Counted from the whole stretch's first letter, positions 1 to 11,512 are shown. The stretch is 63,913 nucleotides of DNA, filler included, from Octopus bimaculoides (GCF_001194135.2; 6 parts of 5 records of this genome joined end to end with filler, not necessarily neighbours in it), one strand, 5' to 3'. Numbers and translations: made by a program. Notes: generated from the letters alone by a model not told the origin.

Positions 1-1
1 C

Positions 2-253
2 ACTACCTCCGCCTTCTTCAAACCCACTGACTCCCACCTCTACCTCAACTTCTCCTCCTCCCATCCATTCCACACCAAACGAGCCATCCCCTACTCCCAG
101 TTCCTCCGCCTCCGACGTTTGTGCAGCCTGGACCAGGATTTCGAGACCCAGTCCCAGTATCTTGCTCGTCTGTTCATGCATCGAGGATACCCCTTCCACC
201 TTGTCCAATCCGCCCTCGCCCGCGCTCGTCGAATCATACACACATGGGCATAA
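2..253 (+). mobile_element. Penelope-like element (PLE) reverse transcriptase fragment (thumb region)
   Basis: Frame from base 2 reads TTSAFFKPTDSHLYLNFSSSHPFHTKRAIPYSQFLRLRRLCSLDQDF...LFMHRGYP, the KPTD..YL...S.HP...K..IPYSQ.LR.RR.CS / RGYP signature of PLE RTs; runs off the window start. Confidence 0.85.
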
Positions 254-979
254 ACAACACACGCATATACAATAGCAAACGCACGCACACACACGTACAC
301 AGCAACGCACATACACACAACATACACATACACACAAACACACACGCACGCACAGAAAACATACANNNNNNNNNNNNNNNNNNNNNNNNNNNNNNNNNNN
401 NNNNNNNNNNNNNNNNNNNNNNNNNNNNNNNNNNNNNNNNNNNNNNNNNNNNNNNNNNNNNNNNNNNNNNNNNNNNNNNNNNNNNNNNNNNNNNNNNNNN
501 NNNNNNNNNNNNNNNNNNNNNNNNNNNNNNNNNNNNNNNNNNNNNNNNNNNNNNGTCCTCACTTTATTGTGTTTTTGTGTTTTTTTGTTATTGTTTTTTT
601 TAACTATATGTATATATGCATACAAATAAATTTGACGTGGGCAATTCTTTCTTGTCTTGGGATTCACGGTCAAACGGTTGGGTGGAATTGCGCGAAAAAT
701 TACACAGATGTGTAGAATGATCCGGTGGTGATGCTGGGCTTTGTATTTTGTCATAGCTCCCATGGTTACCAAGATAATCTGCTATAATAGTACTCTAGTG
801 TTTATGAATGAGAAAGGAAGGGGTGATAGATGAATAAGGAAGGAAGGGGTGATGTCATACTTGATAGTGTACGCTGAAAAAATAAATCAAACAGCGTTTC
901 AACTTTATGTAACTATATGTGTGTATGTAAAAGGGGTTATGTGAATGTGTGGTAGAGTGCAGGTGCGCGCGTGCGCGTG

Positions 980-981
<2 letters not shown>

Positions 982-1032
<51 letters not shown>
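982..1032. repeat. (GT)n microsatellite running into an assembly gap
   Basis: Direct reading. Confidence 0.95.
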
Positions 1033-1576
1033 NNNNNNNNNNNNNNNNNNNNNNNNNNNNNNNNNNNNNNNNNNNNNNNNNNNNNNNNNNNNNNNNNNNN
1101 NNNNNNNNNNNNNNNNNNNNNNNNNNNNNNNNNNNNNNNNNNNNNNNNNNNNNNNNNNNNNNNNNNNNNNNNNNNNNNNNNNNNNNNNNNNNNNNNNNNN
1201 NNNNNNNNNNNNNNNNNNNNNNNNNNNNNNNNNNNNNNNNNNNNNNNNNNNNNNNNNNNNNNNNNNNNNNNNNNNNNNNNNNNNNNNNNNNNNNNNNNNN
1301 NNNNNNNNNNNNNNNNNNNNNNNNNNNNNNNNNNNNNNNNNNNNNNNNNNNNNNNNNNNNNNNNNNNNNNNNNNNNNNNNNNNNNNNNNNNNNNNNNNNN
1401 NNNNNNNNNNNNNNNNNNNNNNNNNNNNNNNNNNNNNNNNNNNNNNNNNNNNNNNNNNNNNNNNNNNNNNNNNNNNNNNNNNNNNNNNNNNNNNNNNNNN
1501 NNNNNNNNNNNNNNNNNNNNNNNNNNNNNNNNNNNNNNNNNNNNNNNNNNNNNNNNNATATATATATATATATAAA

Positions 1577-1799
1577 ATTATAATCAGGGGTCAACTAATT
1601 GCTTCGCCACGCACCGAATCTAGAAATAGCAGTTGAAATATTTTTCCGCCACCATAAATATCTCCCAGACAGCAACACACTTTTTTTTTTACGTAGGCAA
1701 AGAGAAAAAATGACGAATCGACACAGCTTAACTGCTATTTTAACTGCGATTTCTAAATTCGGTGCGTGGCGAAGCAATTTACTGACCCTGATTATAATT
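1577..1799. mobile_element. MITE-like element with ~58-bp terminal inverted repeats
   Basis: aattataatcaggggtcaactaattgcttcgccacgcaccgaatctagaaatagcagtt (1577-1634) mirrored at ~1742-1799 with few mismatches; no coding capacity. Confidence 0.7.
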
Positions 1800-1928
1800 A
1801 TGCTTATAATTGTAGAATATTTGTATAATGTTATCCAAAAAGGTTATTTTAACGTACCGAACTACTTGGTAAAATTATTAATCATTAATTAATTAATTGA
1901 TTAATTAATTAATTAATTAATGTTACCC

Positions 1929-1975
<47 letters not shown>

Positions 1976-1981
1976 ATTGCC

Positions 1982-2127
1982 GCGTAGAAGGTGTTTATAA
2001 GCCATTTAAGAAACATACAAATACCGTTAGATATTTTCGTCGCTTTGAGACCGCGACCTGTTCACTGACAAAATTCCGTGCTAACGGTTTTTGTGTTTCT
2101 TAAATGGCTTATAAACACCTTCCACGC
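1982..2127. repeat. Fold-back inverted repeat (~48-bp arms, 50-nt structured loop)
   Basis: gcgtagaaggtgtttataagccatttaagaaacatacaaataccgttag (1982-2030) vs ctaacggtttttgtgtttcttaaatggcttataaacaccttccacgc (2081-2127). Confidence 0.8.
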
Positions 2128-2898
2128 TGCAGGTGTTTTCGTTCCAGCACACGATCTCAGATCAGGTCACTTGCTATGCAAGTACATCTCGTAATATATA
2201 TATATCGTTCACCTTCGGGGCGAGTTGCCATGGCTGATCTGAGACATTCAGTGCTCATTAGCAGTCTGCGTCGTCAAGGGGTGTTTCCCACTATCTCGCA
2301 TCAATTGGGCATCTAAACAAAACACGTAGAATATGTATATGACAGGGCTATCTCATTAAACAAACTTTGTTTCACTCGGATTTAATATAGTATGTTGTTA
2401 CTGACTGTAAGTTTAAGCCGTTGGGCAGGAATGGCGAGGGACAGATTTCGTCGTGGAGTTACAGATACAAACAGGGCGTAATTAAGAAAAATAAGAAGGA
2501 AAATAAAACATACAACAAAGTTAAACCTTATGTGTGTCGGTACCCAGATATAGTTACTAACATGCCCACACTAGCGATCTTTCATACACTCACGCGTGCA
2601 CGCTCAGACACACCCACGTTCATATGCGAAAATTGTGTAATTACCGTGGATGATGTCAAGTAGTGAACGTGTTTTATTGACATACTACTAGGAACATAAA
2701 CAACTCTGTATGTGTGAGAGAGAGGGAGAGAGTGAGAGAGAGAGTGTGTGTGTGTGTGTGTGTATTCATTTTTTATCATGCGGAACCGTTAATCCTGACA
2801 ATATTTTTCTCTCTCTCCATTTTTCTCGCATCCCTTTCTGTCGAAGAGCATAGGCTCAAAACGTTAAAGACTTTTCCATTCTTCCCAAGCGTCTAACT

Positions 2899-3242
2899 CA
2901 GGGGTTCTCAACCATTTTTTTCATCTCTATGGACTTCTTTGATTACTATTTTATTCTGGTAGACCCCCATAGCCATTCGATGTTTAAAAACTAGTTTTAT
3001 GGATACTTCTTTCAAAATCTTTATTTTGTTTTTCAGACATTAACTAGTGTAGATTGAACTATATAAAATGTTAGAGAAAGAAACCTAGCTGTTTCTTGTA
3101 ATACATACATCTAAAGCATAATTTTTTCAGTGATACTATTAAAATACTATTGTAGATGCCCAATTTACTATTTTGTTGAGTGGACCCGCAAAATCTTATA
3201 TAGACCTTCAGGGGCCATATGAACCCCGGTTGAGAACCACTG
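2899..3242. mobile_element. Non-autonomous hAT (Charlie-like) MITE, 344 bp
   Basis: TIRs CAGGGGTTCTCAAC / GTTGAGAACCACTG; perfect 8-bp TSD GTCTAACT at 2891-2898 and 3243-3250. Confidence 0.9.
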
Positions 3243-3308
3243 GTCTAACTAATGCACTTGCTTGTTGTTCCCTCACTTTTCTTTGTCTTTTGTTTTCTGT
3301 ACATTTGA

Positions 3309-3350
<42 letters not shown>

Positions 3351-3369
3351 CACACACATATATATGTGT

Positions 3370-3411
<42 letters not shown>

Positions 3412-3658
3412 ACACACATAGATACACACAAACATACACACACACACACACATAGATATACTTATATATATTTGCAGATGTATTTATTACGTTTATAGCC
3501 TCTCCNNNNNNNNNNNNNNNNNNNNNNNNNNNNNNNNNNNNNNNNNNNNNNNNNNNNNNNNNNNNNNNNNNNNNNNNNNNNNNNNNNNNNNNNNNNNNNN
3601 NNNNNNNNNNNNNNNNNNNNNNNNNNNNNNNNNNNNNNNNNNNNNNNNNNNNNNNNNN

Positions 3659-3698
<40 letters not shown>

Positions 3699-3939
3699 GT
3701 AGTGGATAAAGTAATTACTATACTAGTACTATAAATTACTATTATTTGAAAAGTTTCTATGTTCTTATAATAACAAGCGCAAACATTCGCCAAGGCAACA
3801 CCAACATCCTCTCAGCGATTAGCCAGAGATGATTGTTAAAATGAGAATATCTGAAATAAACTCGACAGCTCTGACAAACGAGAGTACTAAAACTGAACCC
3901 GGCCGCTCTGAAAAATTAGGTAATGAAAAACGGAAAAAT

Positions 3940-4135
3940 AATCCAGAATAGTCCGGTACCGGATCGATCACAAAATCTAATCAGTTCGTGCCAGTCACGA
4001 GACCAAACATCCCTGAAAGTTTCATCCGAATTCATCAAGCGGTTTTTGAGATATCTTGTCCACGGACAAACAGACAAACAAACAAACAAACGCGACTGAT
4101 AACAATACCTCCGCCTTAGAGAAGGCGGAAGTAAT
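3940..4135 (+). mobile_element. Probable Helentron-associated (HINE/DINE-1-like) non-autonomous element, 3' part
   Basis: Palindrome TCCGGTACCGGA (3952-3963), tgaaagtttcatc...gcggtttttgagatatc core, (ACAA)n tract, terminal hairpin TACCTCCGCCTT-AGAG-AAGGCGGAAGTA (4106-4133). Confidence 0.5.
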
Positions 4136-5157
4136 AATAAAGTTATTCTTAGTCAACAAAGAGAACGTAGTCTATTATTATATTATTTTACCTGTCTAGA
4201 ATTACATGTGTAGAATTTAAGATTTTATGTTTGCAATGGAAAAAACAATCTTGTTTAAGGTTAAGAATTTTGTGTTACTTAGTGAAATGTACAGCGCTTC
4301 CGTGGTGCGTAATCTGAATTCTTTCTTGTTTCCAGTGTATGAAGGGAGTCTTCCAGTGTATATTGTATTTTGTATTCGAAGATTTAGGATTAAAGTTGCA
4401 CTTAACTAATTTAGTGGAATTTCGTAATTACTTTATTCCTAAAGTTGTGTGTATGAAAGTTGTAACGATATTTAAAGGAATTAGAAGTAGATGTAATAAC
4501 GAACATCCTTTGTTGAAATAATGTTACACTTGTAGATAAAGTTCTGTGTTATATATATATATATATATATATATGAGTGTGTGCGCGCGTGTGTGTATAT
4601 GTATGTGTGAGTGTGTAAGAGAAAGAAAGTGAGAACGTGTTTGAGTGTGTGTGTGTGCGTTTGTGCAAGTATGTATATATGTATGTATATATATATATAT
4701 ANNNNNNNNNNNNNNNNNNNNNNNNNNNNNNNNNNNNNNNNNNNNNNNNNNNNNNNNNNNNNNNNNNNNNNNNNNNNNNNNNNNNNNNNNNNNNNNNNNN
4801 NNNNNNNNNNNNNNNNNNNNNNNNNNNNNNNNNNNNNNNNNNNNNNNNNNNNNNNNNNNNNNNNNNNNNNNNNNNNNNNNNNNNNNNNNNNNNNNNNNNN
4901 NNNNNNNNNNNNNNNNNNNNNNNNNNNNNNNNNNNNNNNNNNNNNNNNNNNNNNNNNNNNNNNNNNNNNNNNNNNNNNNNNNNNNNNNNNNNNNNNNNNN
5001 NNNNNNNNNNNNNNNNNNNNNNNNNNNNNNNNNNNNNNNNNNNNNNNNNNNNNNNNNNNNNNNNNNNNNNNNNNNNNNNNNNNNNNNNNNNNNNNNNNNN
5101 NNNNNNNNNNNNNNNNNNNNNNNNNNNNNNNNNNNATATATATATATATATATATAC

Positions 5158-5182
5158 GGGGGGGTTAGGGTTAGGGTTAGGG
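5158..5182 (+). repeat. Short interstitial telomeric repeat G7(TTAGGG)3
   Basis: GGGGGGGTTAGGGTTAGGGTTAGGG read directly. Confidence 0.8.
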
Positions 5183-5384
5183 AAGATGTGGAAGAGGTGA
5201 AGAAAAAAACGTCGGAGGCGTTAAAAAGCATCACTTTGCAAGAGTTCCAGCACTGCTTCTAACATTGGAAAATGCGCCTGGACCGATGCATGGCTTCAAA
5301 TGGAGGTTACTTTGAAGGCGATAAAAGTGTAAACATGTAAAACTAAGTGAATAAAATAGTATTTAAAAATTCCGGTTTCTTTTA
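5183..5384 (+). mobile_element. mariner transposase C-terminal fragment and 3' UTR
   Basis: EDVEEVKKKTSEALKSITLQEFQHCF*HWKMRLDRCMASNGGYFEGD, a typical mariner C-terminus; TIR lost. Confidence 0.85.
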
Positions 5385-5387
5385 AAC

Positions 5388-6700
5388 GGATCCGTCCCAC
5401 ACGTGACAGTAGCTGTTCAACATAACTCCACAAGTCAACAATGCCCGGACAGTGTGCACTTCAGACAAGCCCGGCTGACAGTACATCACTGGCTATAGAG
5501 TTTATCTCGAACCGGTAGCACCCCCCCCCTCCCGGTAGAATATCTAGAAATTGTCCATGATAATTCCCGACCGGAAAGTCCTTCGGAACAAACTAGACAA
5601 TTCGTTTTCGTCGGAGCCCAGAGTCTCCCCGAGAACGTCGTCGCACTTTAAATTTCTAAAGCGTCCTCTTTAAACTTCTAAAGCAGAACAGCCACTGGTC
5701 CCATTGCCCGACTGGTAGAGGGCTGTGAGCACTTGACGACATTTTAGGTGCCAGGTGTCCAGTCTCGGCTTTGTTTCACCCAGGACTGCAGCTCTGCCAA
5801 GGAAACTAGCTGCGCAAAGACGAGCCTCACGAACAGAACCCACACACGCTCACCGTCCAGAAATCCTATCAGACAATTAGAAGTGTCTGAGTAGGTTTTT
5901 GAGACTTTTCACCCTCTTCTGTGTAGTAGCCCCACAAAGTCCTTCAGTGCGTCCAAAATCTCATTCCAGTCCTGCCGTCCGGGTCCAAAATTATTGCCTT
6001 TACTTCGAGACCTAAGTATTTTCGGAATAGCACTGCTACCCTGCTGCCCGCTCCCGACAGATCACATGATGAGAATATCTCATAGTCATCGAAAATAGGC
6101 GCTAGTGCTTGCGCATTAGAAATTGCAGCCACATCTAAATCGAGCGACCTGAGGTCATTTAGCAAGTGACCTTGCTTCCAAGCTGTCTCAAGCCCCTGAG
6201 CATTCACACACTTCACTCTGAAGACGACCATATTTACCGGAGAAACAAATGGAAGGTCACTTACCTTGAATTTTGAGAAGGTTGGCTGATTCAGTTACCT
6301 CGTCTGAAGCATTACCGTTAATGAAAGGCCTTCCCAAAGTCCTTTTGTCTGGCTTTAATCTAAAGGGTCCAATGTCTTTTGGCTTTTTTTTAAAGTTCTA
6401 GGTATGCGTTTGTACCAGTTTTTATCAACTGTCTGTCATGGGGAGTTTTCGACAGAAGTTCGTCGAACCCTACCCCTTTTGTGTGAATATCTGTGTTTCT
6501 CCCTACTTCCTGCATCAGCTCGCTGTTTCTCTTACGAACGACTGTGATGTTGATGAGGCGTTCGGGCTCTCTAGTAAGTTGTACGAGTTGTTCTTATGAT
6601 TGTTGTTTCTCTTCGTTCATTTCTTTGCTTTGGTGCTTTTTGTAGTTGTAATTGTGGTTGATTGAGTGTGCATTGCTTTTGTTGTTGGGATTTAGGTGAG
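5388..6700 (-). mobile_element. Internally deleted L1/Tx1-type LINE (ORF1 end, APE N-terminus, post-RT region)
   Basis: ORF 5944-6231 VKCVNAQGLETAWKQGHLLNDLRSLDLDV..DPDGR is an APE start; then DWNEILD, then a jump to LDGERVW homologous to ~26150 and a zf-RVT-like region homologous to 18100-18300. Confidence 0.8.
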
Positions 6701-6703
6701 TGT

Positions 6704-6704
<1 letters not shown>

Positions 6705-6760
<56 letters not shown>
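6705..6760. repeat. (AAT)n microsatellite, 5' flank of the R4/Dong element
   Basis: Direct reading. Confidence 0.95.
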
Positions 6761-6761
<1 letters not shown>

Positions 6762-9700
6762 CAGTGATATCAGTGATGATAATAATAATAGTAATGAAAG
6801 GAAGCGGGTGGAACCTCACCATGTCCTGATTAATGATCCATCTAGTGATGGTGTCAATAAAAACACTGGTAATTGCGCAACCTGATAATCGCTACCTCAT
6901 ATGAGTGATAATGAAAAAAAATATATTGAGAATAACGGTGGTGATGAAACTGAAGCCAATGATGGTGACAGTGTTACACCCAGTAGACTCAGAGACTCTG
7001 GTCCGGCTCCAGCCTGTCGATATCCAGAAAGGGACCATAACACACGGCGCAGATGGAGCAAGCAAATTAATGCTGTGGTGATGGAGTGTTACTACCTGAG
7101 CAGCCCGGTAGATGAAAATAGTGCTCAGATTAGGGATTACCGACAACGTATCTATGACCATTGGAGAGAAAAGGAATTGTTTCAAATCACGGAACAGAGA
7201 CTATGTGATCAAGCTAGAGCAATAAGAAAAAATTGTTGGTTCACAGAAGTACAGCTCGAAGTTATCAAAAGACGGGTTATGGAAAAATAGCAGCAGAAAT
7301 AACAATGAAAATACAGTTCTTACTAATAAGAGTAATTTCATTGAACAAGAAAGAAGCAGTGGTAGTTCACTTGATGAGAGACATATTGATGATCTAAAAG
7401 AAGACAATAAAACTAACAACGACATGACAGATGAACAGAAGGCGATCTACGACAGAATAAAGGTAAGACTACAGGAGAACGATAGCGACATTATTTCCAA
7501 CCTAAAAAAGGTTGATAGATGGAAATTGAACCAAGAAACGAAAAATGTCAAGGAAATTCTGAAATACATCAGAACAAACAACATCGCAGAAACAAATAAT
7601 TTGATCAAGGCAGCAAGTATTGTTGTAGCACAAAACGTGGGTATTGACGTCAAGAAAAAGAAATATAATGGGAGTGACGAAAGAAAAGATCCACGGTGGA
7701 AAAGAAGAATCCAGGCAGGGTTAGACATGCTCGCAAAGGAAACCTCTGTGTTAGACCGAAAAGACAAAGGGGAGCTTAAAAGCGAACAAAAATACAGGGC
7801 ACTGAAAAGGGAGTATAATATTGAAAGAAAGAGCCTGAAAGTAGTAGTGAAAGAATTGAAACAACGCCTCGTTGCAAAGAAAGAAAAGATGGTAAGATAC
7901 GACCAAAGAATAAAGGGTTACCACCAGAATAGGTTATTCAGAGTAGATTAGAAGAGATTCTATAAAGAAATAAATGGAGAGTGTACCGATGAAAAGTTGA
8001 TACCAGATAACATTGAAAGTCAAATGTTTTGAAGTGACATCTGGAGCAAAGACAAGGAGCACAAGAAGGATGCTGAATGGTTGCCAGAACTGAAACAAAC
8101 AGTAGTCTGTCCAAAACAGGCAGAATTAGTCATTTCAGTTAGGGAAGTGAAGGAAATCAGCATAAAAATGAGCAACTGCAAGGCCCCGGGACAAGATGGA
8201 GTTCAAGGCTACTGGATCAAAAGATTTGGTGGATGTCATGCACGAATAGCTGCACAACTCAACACCTTGTTAAATGCCGACCAAGTAACACCAGAGTGGT
8301 TGACATTGGGTAGAACAGTGATGTGCCTGAAAAACATCGAAAAAGGCAATATGGTAGACAATTACAAGCCGATATTCTGTTTGCCACTTATGTGGAAGTT
8401 ATTGACTGGAATACTCGCAGAGTCAATGTACAGACATCTGGGAAAAATGGAGTCCTGCCACATGAGCAGAAGGGTTTCAAGCGTAAGTGCAGAGGTACCA
8501 AGGATCAACTCTTGATAGACAAAACTGTACTCAGAGACTGCAAGAGGAGGAAAAGTAACTTAGCCATGTCATGGATCGACTATCGTAAGGCGTATGATAT
8601 GATCCCACATTCTTGGATTATGGAGTGTATGAACCTATTTGGTATTGCATGGAATGTTGAGCGATTGCTTGGAAAAAGTATGGCGAATTGGAGGACGGAC
8701 CTGACAGCATACGGAAGAAGTTTAGGGACAGTAGAAATTAGGAGGGCATCTTCCAAGTGGACTGCCTGTCCCCACTGATCTGTGTACTGTGCTTGATACC
8801 ACTAACATTGGTTCTGACGAAAGCAAAAGTTGGGTATGTATTCAAAAGACGTCAACAAAAAGTCAACCATTTGCTATTCTTGGATGACCTCAAACTTTAT
8901 GGTAAAAATGAAGCCCAAGTCAGTTCCCTCGTTGATACGGTGTATACTTTCAGTGCTGATATCAGAATGGAGTTCAGACTGAGAAGGTGCGGTGCGTTAG
9001 TCTTGAAGAGAGGCAATATCAAATGTATGGACGGGCTAACGATACTGTTGTGGGAGGTTATGAAGCAAATAGAAGAGACGAACTATAAGTACTTGGGAAT
9101 TTTGGAAATGGATAATTTGATAGAGAAAGAAATGACAGAAAAATTTAGGGTGGAGTACTTGCGCAGACTGAGACTGATCCGTAAGTCGAAATTAAATGGA
9201 CGGAATATGATCGAAGCTATCAACATCTGCGTGGTTTCACTTCTTAAATATGGAGCAGGGGTAATCGCATGGATAGTAGACAAACTATAACAGCTTAGAC
9301 AGAAAGACAAGGAAGTTTCTAACTAGATATGGGTCACTCCACTCAAAAAGTACACAGACAGACTGTATGTACCAACAAAAAGAGGAGAAAGAGGATTTAT
9401 TGGATGCGAACACAGCATTAGAGCAGAAGAAAACAACATAACATGGTATGTAAAAAATGTCACAGAACCGTTATTATTAGAAGTACGAAGGTCAGGCTTG
9501 CGTAGGATGAAAGGTTGCAAAGATAAAGCACTATACAAGAAATTGAAAGCGAATGAAACTGAAAATAGGTGGGTAAAGAAAAGAATGCATGGTCAATTTC
9601 ACAGGGATGCTGAAGATAAGACAGACAGAGAAAAAAGATGGCTGTAGATGACTAAAAGTGATTTAAAACCGGAAACGGAGGCTTTAATCTGTGCTGCCCA

Positions 9701-10387
9701 AGAGCAAGCACTAAGAACAAATTACATAAAATACAGAATAGACAACACAGCAGAAAGTGATAAGTGTAGAATCTGTGGACAAAACGGTGAAATATACGCC
9801 ACTAGTCCAGAAGGAGTATAAGAGACGTCACGGCAATATAGCCAGGCTTGTCCATTGGACACTTTGTAACAAGTATGGACTTGACAGAGCAAAAATCTGG
9901 TACGACCACGAACCTGAAGATATCGTCGAAAATAGAAACGCAAAGATCCTATGGGACTTTATGATTCAGTGCGACCATGAGATAGAGAATAGGAAGCCGG
10001 ACATAGTGTTAATTGAGAAAGAAAACAAACTATGCTGGATCATAGATACAACATGCCCAGCTGACAACAAGGTATGCGATAAGGCAGAAGGAAAAGTCGA
10101 GATATGACATGTTAGCTTAGGCGGTTAAGTAGTTGTGATCGATGAAAAAAAGTAGCAGTAGTACCAATAATTGTCGGAGCCCTGGGAACAGTAAGCAAAA
10201 CTCTCGAGAAGTACGTGGAACAAATATGGGCTGCAATAAGGGTGGAGCACTTGCAGAAAACAGCACTGCTTGGAACCGCTCGAATACTCTGGAAGGTGCT
10301 CGAAAAATAAGAGATGTTACCTTAGTTCACTGGTAGTGAACAGCTGACACTGTAGTACATCTCCAACGTTAGAATCTGTGCAAAGGC
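6761..10387 (+). mobile_element. Near full-length, frameshifted R4/Dong-clade non-LTR retrotransposon (RT + restriction-like endonuclease)
   Basis: N-terminal [31 protein letters not shown]; RT motifs [46 protein letters not shown]; CRICG knuckle; RKPDIV..IID RLE motif; (AAT)n on both sides. Confidence 0.9.
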
Positions 10388-10406
10388 AATAATAATAATA
10401 ATAATG

Positions 10407-10474
<68 letters not shown>
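10388..10474. repeat. (AAT)n microsatellite, 3' flank of the R4/Dong element
   Basis: Direct reading. Confidence 0.95.
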
Positions 10475-10475
<1 letters not shown>

Positions 10476-10709
10476 TCAAAATTAAAAGAAGAGTGTCATT
10501 GTCATCTAGTGAATGATATTTCGACATCTTGTGTGTCATCAGCAGGTTCAAAAACAATTTTGTCAAACTGCTTCATTTTGGTTAATATATTAAGGATTGA
10601 GGTGACTCCTCCAGAAGATATAGAATCAAAATTAAAAGAAGAGTGCCATTATCGTCTAGTGTCTTTTAATTTTGACTCTACATCTTCTGGAGGAGTTACC
10701 TCAATCCTT

Positions 10710-10711
<2 letters not shown>
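10475..10711 (-). repeat. 150-nt-period HHR-bearing repeat (about 1.3 units plus an inverted segment)
   Basis: atcaaaattaaaagaagagtg at 10475 and 10625; segment ~10592-10640 re-appears inverted at ~10661-10711; homologous to 33171-33420. Confidence 0.8.
10510..10550 (-). ncRNA. Minimal type I hammerhead ribozyme motif (core A6 mutated)
   Basis: TGAAC-CTGCTGA-T-GACA[CACAAGA]TGTC-GAAA-TA-TC-ATTCA. Confidence 0.6.
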
Positions 10712-10745
<34 letters not shown>

Positions 10746-10800
10746 TTCATAATAATAGTAATAAGAAGAAGGCTGGCTCTTTGAAACACTGGTACTACTA

Positions 10801-10937
10801 ATTTTTTGCCAGCTGAGTGGACTGGAGCAACGTGAAATAAAGTGTCTTGCTCAAGTACACAATGCATCGCCGGGAATCGAACTCATGACCTCACGATCGT
10901 GAGCCGAATGCCCTAACCACTAAGCCACGCGCCTTCA
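10801..10937 (-). mobile_element. tRNA-derived SINE, 5' part
   Basis: A box TGGCTTAGTGG, B box GAGTTCGATTCCC, followed by a non-tRNA body tgtgtacttgagcaagacactttatttcacgttgctccagtccactcagc. Confidence 0.85.
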
Positions 10938-11239
10938 CGAGGTGGCATCAAAAAGTTTCCGGACTAGTTCTGTAGCGCACCAACAGGTGGTAGCACACGG
11001 TTGCGTATGCAGTGAGCGCTAGCATTGACCTTCATGAGGCAGTGTGCTGAATCGCGTTGTTGTGCTTACTTCGCAAGTTGTGAAATTGGTGTTTTTGTAA
11101 TCACGTGTACACCGCAGTCTGCCATTTTATCATGGACAGGAACAAAGAGCCAACGTGAAATTTTGCGTTAAACTTGGGAAGTCTGCTACAGAGACATTCA
11201 GCATACCCCAGCAGGCTTGCAGCGATGAGGCAATAGGTT
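10938..11239 (+). mobile_element. mariner 5' fragment (TIR + transposase N-terminus)
   Basis: TIR-like cgaggtggcatcaaaaagtttccggact; QRANVKFCVKLGKSATETFS HTH start after ATG at 11132. Confidence 0.8.
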
Positions 11240-11435
11240 GTTAGGACGCCGGGCAAAATGCTTAGTAACATTTCGTATGTCTTACGCTCTGAACTCAAAT
11301 TCTGCCAAGGTCGACCTTGCCTTTCATCCTTTTGGCCTCGATAAAATAAGTACCAGTCGAAAACTGGGGTCCATGTTATTGACTTATCCCCTCCGTCAAA
11401 ATTCCTGACCTTGTGCCTAAATTTAAAACCAGTAT
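11240..11435 (+). mobile_element. SINE family A copy (tRNA-like head, ATT-associated tail)
   Basis: Homologous to 56516-56715 and the 33515-35230 array (gaactcaaattc..gtcgac..gcctttcatcc..gataaa..aagtaccag). Confidence 0.8.
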
Positions 11436-11471
11436 TGTATATATATAAAAGTTCTGAACCGCTTTTCAACT

Positions 11472-11509
<38 letters not shown>

Positions 11510-11512
<3 letters not shown>

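Noticed and set aside
91-5262. Long ORFs such as poly-HT/VC/IY and X-rich ORFs (also 38472-39617, 49614-50601)
   Set aside because: Translations of microsatellites and N gaps
10801-10937. Possible tRNA genes (also 41535-41649, 46190-46262, 54590-54662)
   Set aside because: A/B boxes are present, but the sequences run into SINE bodies and lack a complete cloverleaf
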